From a virus (taxonomy: Duplodnaviria > Caudoviricetes): a stretch of 64,000 nucleotides of DNA. Positions within the stretch are counted from its first letter, which is position 1. The number at the start of each line of letters is the position of its first letter. Shown here in pieces: positions 10,024 to 19,400 of the stretch. The stretch covers positions 427-64,426 of IMG/VR virus record IMGVR_UViG_3300037114_000073; one strand, 5' to 3'. Both the position numbers and the translations under genes were made by a program. The notes beneath the pieces were generated by a model. That model was not told where the DNA came from and did no database searches. It worked only from the letters and a program-made list of their open reading frames with translations.

Positions 10024-10146
10024 TCTCCAAGGGAGTCAAGTATGTAATTCCCATTATTTGCCACTTCTCATTGTCTATTGTAAACATACCTATAAATGCT
10101 ATAAGTATAAAGAGTAAATATATAGTACCTACAATTTTAAGTAAAA

Positions 10147-10500
10147 TCATTTCTTATTCCTGTGCTTATGTTTATGCTCTACTGTTTTCTTCCAAGGACG
10201 TTTCTTCTCGGTTTCCTCTGCTACGTGTTTAATTGCTTTCGCCATTCTGGAAGTAGCTTTTATTCTTTCTTTTAGGTAATTTCTCAGAGGATTGTTTATT
10301 ATGTGCCTTTTATTTACATGCTTTAAAATACGTTTTCCTTCTCTTGATCTAGCATAAGACATAAATGCTCTAACATACTGAGCACAAACGTTTGCCATCT
10401 GTATACTGTCTGTCTTGGTACCGTAAGTTTTCAGACGTTTTTTCTCTAACGAAAACTTCTGTGCTAGTAGATCGCGTATTTCTTCAATCTTTAAGCTCAC
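10147..10500 (-). CDS. Basic hypothetical protein
   Basis: ORF coupled to upstream gene. Confidence 0.55.
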   Translation of the reverse strand: MSLKIEEIRDLLAQKFSLEKKRLKTYGTKTDSIQMANVCAQYVRAFMSYARSREGKRILKHVNKRHIINNPLRNYLKERIKATSRMAKAIKHVAEETEKKRPWKKTVEHKHKHRNKK

Positions 10501-10760
10501 TCTATTTCCTCAGCTTCGACATGTAATGTTACTCTATACTTTTTAGATGCATCTAACCCAGATAGCTGAATATATGTACAAGCGTTGTGCCACTTATTAC
10601 TTTCTTCCCTACTTTTAACTTCATTTCCTGTTGATATTGAATTGAAACAAGCACATTCGCAATCTCCAGTCCAGTATCCTTCATGTACTTCATCAAACAA
10701 AATAATTTTCTTTGGTGGATCAGTTGATTTCATTGTAACCATATAATTTTCTATCCTCAA
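10497..10760 (-). CDS. Hypothetical protein
   Basis: ORF directly downstream of the promoter motif. Confidence 0.55.
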   Translation of the reverse strand: MRIENYMVTMKSTDPPKKIILFDEVHEGYWTGDCECACFNSISTGNEVKSREESNKWHNACTYIQLSGLDASKKYRVTLHVEAEEIE

Positions 10761-10763
10761 GTA

Positions 10764-10776
10764 TATTATACAGATT
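10764..10776 (-). promoter_or_regulatory. Conserved phage promoter motif, copy 1
   Basis: AATCTGTATAATA, identical in 4 intergenic positions. Confidence 0.75.
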
Positions 10777-10800
10777 TGGATGAATCGTATCTAATCGTAT

Positions 10801-12165
10801 TTAATCGTGATGCTTCTTGTGTTGTTTTACGGCCTCTTCTGTCAGTTCTCTATCGTAGAATATGGCTCTCTCGAAGTCTCCCATGATAGGCCATCCACGA
10901 TTCATCTTATCGTAACGATGTATCGCTATGTTTATATAACGACTGTCATCACCCCATTCTTCTGGACCGTCACCGACTCCTATTCCCATCGCACAACGTC
11001 GCATCTTGGAAATGTCTGTCGCTGAATCATCTCCTCTAACAATCATCTTCCTTTGACCGGTCCCTCTTTTTGTTTGTGCAAACATCCACAACCATAAATC
11101 TCTTCTGGCAGCAAAATGTTTTGCTTCTTGGTATATTATTTTACTTTCTCTTGTCTCAGCATTGTCACCTTTGAAATGTTCTGGTGGTAGTATACCTTCA
11201 TCTGAATCAACTATAACTACATCAGCGGTGAATCCTTGATTCCGATAGTTTTCCCAGACTTCTTCTATCCGCTGCATACTCATTCCACCATCGGTTCCAT
11301 CTACTACTTTTATATCTGCACGTAATTTAACTAGTGCACGTCTGAGTCTACGTTTTAGTTTACTAGACTTATCGAATAAATACTTCATCTTAATACCAGC
11401 AAAACTGGAATCAAGACGATCTTCGACCATTTCAAGATTATCTTCTAATGTAAAATGCAGGACTTTAAATCCTTGCAACGCGTACGCGTGATCGAAATGA
11501 ACTGCCAATGTGGATTTTCCAGTTTTGTATTTAGCTACTACGATTCCCATTTCTCCGCGTGGAAATGTTCTGACTTCTTTATCTAATGGATCTATAAATA
11601 GATAAGGGAATTTCCTGTTTACATTCTTTTCTCTACGCCTAATCCTTCGTTTTATTTCTTCATCATTGGAATAATTACTGACTTTCAAATTATTATCGAA
11701 TACTTCCAATGCATTTTTACAGATACGTCTGAACTTACTATCTGATAACTCTCCTTTTTCCTGGGCATCAATTAAATCATGGATCGCTTTACGTTTATTT
11801 TCCCTTTGTTTATATTCTGCTACTTTACGTTCTATGGCTTCTACTGCTACTAGGTTATCTGTATGACGTATCTTTTCTACAAGTTCGGTTAATCGTTCTC
11901 TGGATTTACCTCCAAGTTTACGTTTATGTTCTCTGATATAATCTAAGACATCTGTTCTTAACATTCCACCAATTGGTTCTCTGTAATCATGCCAATATTT
12001 AAATGCGAGTTCTGCTATTATGTATGCTTCCGGTATTCCTTCATTCTTTCTGGGTTTAAAATCAACTGGAGATAATAGACCACTTGTCTTCTTTAAGAAG
12101 TTCTTATCTCTGCACACAAATGCTAGGAGTCTTTCCTGGAACTCAGCATCTCTGAAATAACTCAT
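10801..12165 (-). CDS. DnaB-like replicative helicase
   Basis: Walker A AKYKTGKS, FTLED, VVIVD, AQ motifs; start MSYF with GGAG RBS. Confidence 0.85.
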   Translation of the reverse strand: MSYFRDAEFQERLLAFVCRDKNFLKKTSGLLSPVDFKPRKNEGIPEAYIIAELAFKYWHDYREPIGGMLRTDVLDYIREHKRKLGGKSRERLTELVEKIRHTDNLVAVEAIERKVAEYKQRENKRKAIHDLIDAQEKGELSDSKFRRICKNALEVFDNNLKVSNYSNDEEIKRRIRRREKNVNRKFPYLFIDPLDKEVRTFPRGEMGIVVAKYKTGKSTLAVHFDHAYALQGFKVLHFTLEDNLEMVEDRLDSSFAGIKMKYLFDKSSKLKRRLRRALVKLRADIKVVDGTDGGMSMQRIEEVWENYRNQGFTADVVIVDSDEGILPPEHFKGDNAETRESKIIYQEAKHFAARRDLWLWMFAQTKRGTGQRKMIVRGDDSATDISKMRRCAMGIGVGDGPEEWGDDSRYINIAIHRYDKMNRGWPIMGDFERAIFYDRELTEEAVKQHKKHHD

Positions 12166-12317
12166 GCAATCTCCTGTAGAGTGCATTTTGTAGGATTAAC
12201 TGGTATTAGCTTATGGGCCTCAGCTGCGTCACGATTGGAAATGGCGCGTGCTTGGAGTGGACTGGCATAGTAGGATGGGTAGTCTCGTAGCGTGGCATTT
12301 AAACGCATTCTTGTCAT

Positions 12318-12572
12318 TTATAATTCCTGATCGCACCTAGCACATCTTACACTAACTACTTTCTCACAACTGGGGCAATACTTTTGTGGTAACTCTTTTA
12401 TTTTAATTGCTTTAATTATATCTTCTACTGTTGTGTAATGTGGTGGTAAATCTAATTCCTGAGCTATTCGTGCTATTTCAGCATCATGACTTTTCATTTC
12501 TTGTACTAACTTTGCATCTAACTTATTAACTTCATTTAATACTTTTCTTACATCCTCATTTAAAGTAGTCAT
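12318..12572 (-). CDS. Hypothetical protein with C-terminal Zn ribbon
   Basis: CPSC..CARC. Confidence 0.55.
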   Translation of the reverse strand: MTTLNEDVRKVLNEVNKLDAKLVQEMKSHDAEIARIAQELDLPPHYTTVEDIIKAIKIKELPQKYCPSCEKVVSVRCARCDQEL

Positions 12573-13222
12573 AAAGTTTCCGGTTTGAAAGGATTATTAC
12601 GATAACTACGTTTCTTCATCTGTTCTTCTAGCTTGTCCCTGGTAATGTGTTCTTTTTTCATATAACTTCTGTAGTAAGTCAAAAATTGCTTTGGAGTACT
12701 AAAGTCAGAGAGGTTTAATATTCTACCATTGGTATCTCGCATTGAACTGGGATCAGATCTTGAATGTACTCCATCATCATTTAGTTTCTCTAACTTATGT
12801 AATTGGTTTTGGATAATACGTTCTCTTTCTTCAGCCAACCACATTTGTATATTCTCTCCATTGGGATATAGCTTCTTAATACTTTCCTGGAGTATCTGTT
12901 CTGATTTCTTTCCAATTAAAGTCGAGACTCTTACGTTTAATCCTGCGCGTTTCATTTTCTTGCTTCTTCTTTGTACGAATGTTTCCCAGAATGGAAGTAA
13001 TATAATTAATATGAACTTTAGCGAGACTTTGTATTTATCTTCCCAGACTTTTAATGTTAACAATGAATATTGATCGTTTTTTGTTAACCATAACTTCACG
13101 GTTTCATTACGCATACTACCTAATACTTCTTCTGTATACTGGAGATAAGATCTTACTGTACTATCTAACTGTTTGAGTTCTCGTTTAATGATATCTGATT
13201 TGTCCATATGACCATTGACCAA
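12569..13222 (-). CDS. Hypothetical protein in replication module
   Basis: 217-aa ORF between the two helicases. Confidence 0.6.
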   Translation of the reverse strand: MVNGHMDKSDIIKRELKQLDSTVRSYLQYTEEVLGSMRNETVKLWLTKNDQYSLLTLKVWEDKYKVSLKFILIILLPFWETFVQRRSKKMKRAGLNVRVSTLIGKKSEQILQESIKKLYPNGENIQMWLAEERERIIQNQLHKLEKLNDDGVHSRSDPSSMRDTNGRILNLSDFSTPKQFLTYYRSYMKKEHITRDKLEEQMKKRSYRNNPFKPETL

Positions 13223-13282
13223 TGACGTAATGACTATTGGTACGTTTATACGTTTAATGTTAATATTATTAAATGTTAAGTG

Positions 13283-13308
13283 TTCTTATATTCTAAAGAA
13301 TATAAGAA
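13283..13308. repeat. AT-rich perfect 12-bp inverted repeat
   Basis: TTCTTATATTCT-AA-AGAATATAAGAA. Confidence 0.8.
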
Positions 13309-13700
13309 GTGAAACTTGTCATTTATTTATCTGGAACAAGTGTAGGTCCTTCTATCTTTTTCAGGAAAGTAAAGTTCCAATGTTGTATCTTCTTATATCC
13401 ATCTAACAATACAAGTGCGCAGCCATCTTTTCCGACTCCTGTAATTACTCCTGTTCTGCATTTTAAAAATCCATTGTAACTGGGTAATACCTCGACTCGT
13501 GTTCCTTTTATCATTTCTGATTTAAGCATCGTTGCCTCGTTTGGGGTGATCTTTTCTATCAAGTGGTAACTGGTGAAAACTATAACTGCAATGTGTACAC
13601 GTTCGTTTTAGACTATCTAATTGAACGTCGTATGTTGACATTAAATTTTCACACCCACATTTAGGGCAGCTTGCTTGGAGTCTGAACTGTTCAAAGTTAC

Positions 13701-15290
13701 TCATGGCTTATCCTTCTTTATTTCTTTTTGTAACCATTTTTCTGATTGCTTTAATATTTTACTGGAAGATAGGTCTTCGTTGTATTCAATCTTCTTTATT
13801 ATGATACCTGCTTTTCTAAGTGCACGCATTCGCTTCTTGGTGGCTGTATGTAACCAATTCTTCTTTTTCCTATCTTTATCCCTGGAATCGGTATCACTAA
13901 TGTCGATGCAAATTAACCCGCTCTTGTCTTTGTGTAATCTGACTCCTCTTCCGAATATCTGGATAGTATCGTTTTGGTTTGGTTTTGCAGCTGCATTGAT
14001 GATTAGATCAACTCTCTTTATATCAATACCTTTTTTGAAAACTTTATTTACTAATAGGCATTTAATTTCTCCGGTTTCAAACTTATCTTTACTTTTGAAC
14101 CGATCTTTAACAGCTATACCTTTTCCTTTATACGTTCCAGCTACAATTTTATGTGGTACTTTTCTTACTCTTAATCGTTCACTTATCTCTTCCAGGTGAA
14201 GTAAACGTTCTACGTATACGATTACGTACTTATTATTCTTTACTGCTCTTCGAACTAGGTTACAAATTAAATGGTTGCGTTCTCCGTTCTTAATTACTTT
14301 CTTTTCATATATCTCTTTTGAATCCCACCCTCTGATATTGTCAACGCTATTTTTATACTGGAGTGAAACACATATTCCTCTACTTAGTACTCCTTCTTGC
14401 ATTCCACGCTGTACGGGGTACTCATAAATTACAGGTCCACATAAAGAGTAAGCTTTTATACGAGTGTGTTTCTGGGATAAGCCTAACGTTGCAGTTAAAC
14501 CTATAACAGAAAGTGGACGTGCTATGTTTATTACGTCAAAGTTCGAGCGATTTAGCATTTCGTGAATCTCATCAATAATCAGTACGTCCACTCGTTTGAA
14601 CCACTTTAAAAATTTCTCATCGTTTCTATGTAAGTGTAAAGTTTGAATTGTTCCTACTGTTACACGTTCCAATCTGAACTTTGATTCTCCTACGTATCCT
14701 ACTTTCTCTCCTAAATGTTTGGATATCTCTTCTTGTGCTTGCCTTAATAGAACTAACTGGTCGACTATAAATAATATGTCACAGTCTAATCTAGATGCTA
14801 ACATACTCGCGATCCGCGTTTTCCCTGAGCCGGTGCAGTTTAGGATTAGACCACCTTTTCCTGCCTGGCATTGTTCTTCTAATTTATCAACACATGTATT
14901 CTGGAAATAATACTTTCCTTCAGATTTAATCCAATACTTTTTATTCCGGATACATGGTAAATCCATTCTTTTAATAACTTCAAACTTTATGTTTTCCTTA
15001 TCGTCTATTTCTTTTCTAGTAGCCCAAAATAAACCTGCTGGTACTCTATCTCGTTTCAGTAACTTTATCTTTCCATCCCACACTGGAAGATAATCGTGAT
15101 CGTACTCTTCATCTTTTCTGTGGTATTGATTGCAGTTCTTACATTTTCTGTACCAAGGTCTGGACTTTAACATGTACCCGTAATTCGATACTGGATAGGA
15201 CCAGTACTTTAGGAGTGTATTGTAGTCGTATGGCTGGGACAGTAGTGCTGTGCGGTTGGAAATCTGGACCTTGATAGTATGGCGGCTCAC
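13701..15290 (-). CDS. Superfamily 2 DNA helicase (UvsW-like)
   Basis: TGSGKT, DEIH, TAT, GIDI, Q..GR..R motifs. Confidence 0.92.
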   Translation of the reverse strand: MSRHTIKVQISNRTALLSQPYDYNTLLKYWSYPVSNYGYMLKSRPWYRKCKNCNQYHRKDEEYDHDYLPVWDGKIKLLKRDRVPAGLFWATRKEIDDKENIKFEVIKRMDLPCIRNKKYWIKSEGKYYFQNTCVDKLEEQCQAGKGGLILNCTGSGKTRIASMLASRLDCDILFIVDQLVLLRQAQEEISKHLGEKVGYVGESKFRLERVTVGTIQTLHLHRNDEKFLKWFKRVDVLIIDEIHEMLNRSNFDVINIARPLSVIGLTATLGLSQKHTRIKAYSLCGPVIYEYPVQRGMQEGVLSRGICVSLQYKNSVDNIRGWDSKEIYEKKVIKNGERNHLICNLVRRAVKNNKYVIVYVERLLHLEEISERLRVRKVPHKIVAGTYKGKGIAVKDRFKSKDKFETGEIKCLLVNKVFKKGIDIKRVDLIINAAAKPNQNDTIQIFGRGVRLHKDKSGLICIDISDTDSRDKDRKKKNWLHTATKKRMRALRKAGIIIKKIEYNEDLSSSKILKQSEKWLQKEIKKDKP

Positions 15291-15295
15291 ATGTT

Positions 15296-15331
15296 TATTA
15301 TACAGATTTCGCTAGATCTTATTTGAACTAG
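15296..15331 (-). promoter_or_regulatory. Conserved bipartite phage promoter, copy 2
   Basis: CTAGTTCAAATAAGA-N8-AATCTGTATAATA; TATAAT ends 6 nt before the GTG start. Confidence 0.8.
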
Positions 15332-16299
15332 GATGAAATCCATACATTTGGTTGCTGTCCTGTGATTAAGGCAGGTGGAGTAGGCGGTGGTGGCGGGGTA
15401 CCTCCCACATAGTATACTGCTAGCCCGAAGCAATTCAAATTGTAAGTCATCACTGTCGGTGTAAATGTACTAGTTGTATATACTAATTTTGCAACAACTC
15501 CAAATGATGAATCGTTTACTTCGGCTGGTGACCAAGTCTGCTTCAACTGACTCATCGCAAAACCTTTGTAGGCAGGATAGTTGGGGTATCCTCCACAACT
15601 TCCATAACTACCTCCAAGCTGCACATCGGCCAAAGTTGGACACGTTACAACCCAATCTGTAGTAGTTATAGGTGAGTCATCTGCAACTCCTGAAAAACCA
15701 ACACTACTTACGACATACGGAGATGCTTGAGCTGACACCCCGGTGCCTTGATACTCGAATTCAGCTTCATTAAACCTTGGATCAAACATATAATACTGAC
15801 TTCCACCACTGGTTAGTCCAACACCTCCCCCCATTAAAATTAAATCTCCATGGCTATCCGAACCATGCCCTTTAAGTGCTGCTGCTATTCCAAGTATAGT
15901 TGCTCCAGTTGGAATAGCAAAACCGTAACCTGTAAGCATTATATAATCGGTAGAAAAATCCTGTCCGGTTGGATCATGAAACGTGGTTGTTACTACAGCA
16001 TATGAACCATCATCCGCTAACGCATTACTTGGATTTGCCCATGACCCAGCTGTTGATGGATACGATGTTGCAAAAGTATCAGCATATGTTGAAGCTGATG
16101 TTGCTGTAGTACTATATACTCCTATTATTCCAGGATAATTATCATTACTTGCTCCTAACCAAGATAGATCATAACCAGGACCACCACTAGATGACGGATC
16201 AGCTGGAGTACATCCTCCTCCATCACATAAACAGAATGCTAGATCCCATGATGTATGATCGCAACTTGTGAGTGACGCACAATTAACTACAGCTGTCAT
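15328..16299 (-). CDS. Putative tail tip/fibre structural protein
   Basis: S/T/G-rich beta-type sequence, GFAIPTGATILGI; position after the large tail protein. Confidence 0.55.
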   Translation of the reverse strand: MTAVVNCASLTSCDHTSWDLAFCLCDGGGCTPADPSSSGGPGYDLSWLGASNDNYPGIIGVYSTTATSASTYADTFATSYPSTAGSWANPSNALADDGSYAVVTTTFHDPTGQDFSTDYIMLTGYGFAIPTGATILGIAAALKGHGSDSHGDLILMGGGVGLTSGGSQYYMFDPRFNEAEFEYQGTGVSAQASPYVVSSVGFSGVADDSPITTTDWVVTCPTLADVQLGGSYGSCGGYPNYPAYKGFAMSQLKQTWSPAEVNDSSFGVVAKLVYTTSTFTPTVMTYNLNCFGLAVYYVGGTPPPPPTPPALITGQQPNVWISS

Positions 16300-16301
16300 G
16301 A

Positions 16302-16487
16302 CTATTTCTCCACACGAATGATTTGTCTTACATTTAACTTTCTTCTAAGCATAGCCAATGATCTTCGGTAAGTATTCTTTATATCATTCTTACAAATCCA
16401 AGCTTTGCATAATTCACACCACTCACACTCTTTTAATGTTTCATCATTATCTAATAATTTACAAACATCGCATACTTTATGTTCCAT
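16302..16487 (-). CDS. Small Cys-rich Zn-binding protein
   Basis: CDVC..CEWCELC..IC. Confidence 0.5.
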   Translation of the reverse strand: MEHKVCDVCKLLDNDETLKECEWCELCKAWICKNDIKNTYRRSLAMLRRKLNVRQIIRVEK

Positions 16488-19400
16488 AGTATTTTGTCCC
16501 TGATAATGTCATACCAAAGTTTCCTGCATTCGTGTCTAAACTATTCTGGCTAACTACTTTAACTAAATCTCCTACGTGGAATACGATACTAGTGGCAAAA
16601 TTAGACGTGAAAGCGCCCACGTTACTTCCTGCGGGGAACGTAATAGTTCCAATTGCTGTATCTGTTAGTGATCCTTTGAGTCTCTGGTAAATCGTAAATG
16701 TATACGTAGATGTCGGTGCTGACTCTAAATAAGCTTGACTGGGAACAAAACTATTATAAAATTGTACTACCTGATCAAATGGAATCCTGGCCATTGCTGT
16801 TCCTGTTGCCATTAATCCATTATACGTAGAACCTATCGTGTATGATGCTATATTCGGTGCTCCACTTACTGCTCCACTCACTCCTGGCCATACAACGAAA
16901 CTAGGAACCCCATCTCCTAGAGCATCAAACGGAGTTACTTTAATTAGACGTGGATTTAGATAGTCAGAAGGCGGAAGATTCGCTTGAAGCAGTATCTGAG
17001 GATTATTTGGATGGTCGATTGTGTACTTACTATATGTAACTCCACTATTTACATCCAACGTTTCTACACGATGTCCGTTTGGACTACCTGTTAATAACTG
17101 CCAAGCTATTCCTTGGTATACTGGAATAACGGTTAAACCTGTAATCGCTGGAACATTAAATGATGGAATAATCGTTGCTAATGAATAATCCCAGGTCAAG
17201 TTAAAGAAGTAAGCAGCTAATCCTGCAATTCTACTTCCACCATTCGCTGCCTCGAGTAGACTTAATGCGTCTGCTAAATTTGACTGTGTTAAGTCTATCA
17301 CTAAATCTGATGGAGCTGTTACTGTTCTTTGAATTAACGTTCCTGGTGGTGCATCTGGCAAGAATGCCGAGAATGCTATCGTTGTCGGTATTCCTGCAAC
17401 TAATCCGTTCAATGGAACATTAGAACACGAGAATGGCGTTGTAACTGGTACTCCACCTTCAATGCTAACGTTTATTCCTCCACCTGGTAATAGTGCATTA
17501 GGAATATAAAACGTAAATATAGTGCTACTTACTACACTTAAAACCTGCCACGTTCCGCAAAAGAACGATCCATTTGCTGGTACAAATCCAAAGCCTGCGG
17601 GGTATGGATTTTCTGTTAATCCATTTAATGCCATCGCGGCGTTAATTACTGCTAACTGTCCTATGCCTAAATTATGTGCAGTCTGCGTGACTACTGTCGC
17701 TACATTATTTACAAAACTTCCACTTGCTGCATTTACGTAACCGGCCCCTCTTGAAACTAACTGTGCTGTTCCAACTGTTAGATACTGGAATCCGATTGGA
17801 ACTTTCGTTGGGCCTATATTTGTAGGGTATGATAATAAATAGCTATCTTCTGTGCTATACGTTCCTGGTGATATTACTGATCCAAACGTTACACCATTAC
17901 TATTCGGTGAAGTTCCTACAGATGTAACTATTTTGAAACCATTAAACGAATTATCTGAATAACATATTTCACTTATTATATCTCCGACTTCAAATACTGG
18001 CGATAAGCCATTTGTTGTATTAGGAAGTATCTGAAACTGTGAACAAGAAAAATCTGCAAATGGTGTAGCAGGTGCTGGTAACGGTTGCTGTGATCTACCA
18101 AATGCTGTTACATTATAAACCGGATTTGCATCTGGAATCTCAATAAAGAAATTATTTAAATTTCCAGTTCCTGCTAATGCTCTTACTTCTAAACCGTATA
18201 TATCTCTAACATCCCCTGCAAAGTCTAGTACTATATCTGTGGAGTTAAAACTTACTAGTGCTGGAGCAGCTGGTATTAGTGGATATACTACACGTAGAGC
18301 TTTACTAAATCTAGAAACATACGGGCCATTTACAGCTCTTAAATACCATGTTTGATCCCGTACTGTTCTGGGAAGTGTAAATGTACTAGATGTAAAAAAT
18401 CCTATTCTACCTTGATCAGCTATGCCCCATCCTGAATCTACACTTCTTACTTCACACCCTGTAATCGGTAATGTTCCCAAACTAACAGAAATGTAATTTC
18501 CTGTTGCAGAATTAACTACAGAAGTAACTACTGCATTATCTAAAGTAGGTAAATAATAATTCAGTACTTGTTCTAGAGTAATCGGATTCGGTGGTGCCAC
18601 TGTCTGTGTTGGAGTTAAAACGTTTTGGTCTCTTTCTAAGAATGCTGGCAGTAATTTCTCTAAGTACAGATCAGGACCATAATCAATTCCTATACTTAAT
18701 ACTTCCTGCTTCATTTCTAAGATCTGTACTCTTACTGTATTACTCGCAAAGTTCTGTCCTGTAACACCTCTTGTCGGAGCATTGATATATAGAAACCTCC
18801 CGGCCATCGGGTAATTATACATCGATGGAGAAAATAAATTTTCAAACTTATAGGGAATTGTTTCTACTGTATACGTTCCCTGGAATTGGGGATATTCTCT
18901 ATCTAGTATTGCGGCTCCTGCTGCGGCTTCGCATTCAGCGGATGTTCTTGGCAGCGGAGATAGATTATTCATTATAGCTGAGCGTATTCCATTATCTCCT
19001 GTAATGGATGCTTCATTAGATATAGCAACTAAGTCCTGAACTCTGGCCACACTTTGGCCTGCTGCCCAACTTTGAAACGCTATTCTGGACCCAACTGCTG
19101 GAATATCGTCTGTATAAAAGCCTAATGCATAAGCTTCACCTTGTGCTGATATCTGTGCTGTCTGATTATCTTGACCTTCTCCTAACTGATACACTATAGC
19201 TGGAGATAATTGTGATGGCAGCCAAGGAAGATTTCCTCCCGATGCTCCTGTGAGTGACCGTACTGTTAGATATCCTTGTGGTGGTAAACTTAATAGAGTG
19301 TAGTTAATTGATACGTTTAGATCTATTCCATTTAACAAACAATACAACGCAAACGGTGGCAGTGATGCATTATACTGTGTGTACTGTGTTATTATTGGTG

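Noticed and set aside
12162-12317. GC-richer gap as a possible ncRNA or tRNA
   Set aside because: No cloverleaf; explained by a 51-aa ORF (MTRMRLN...) coupled by ATGA to the helicase
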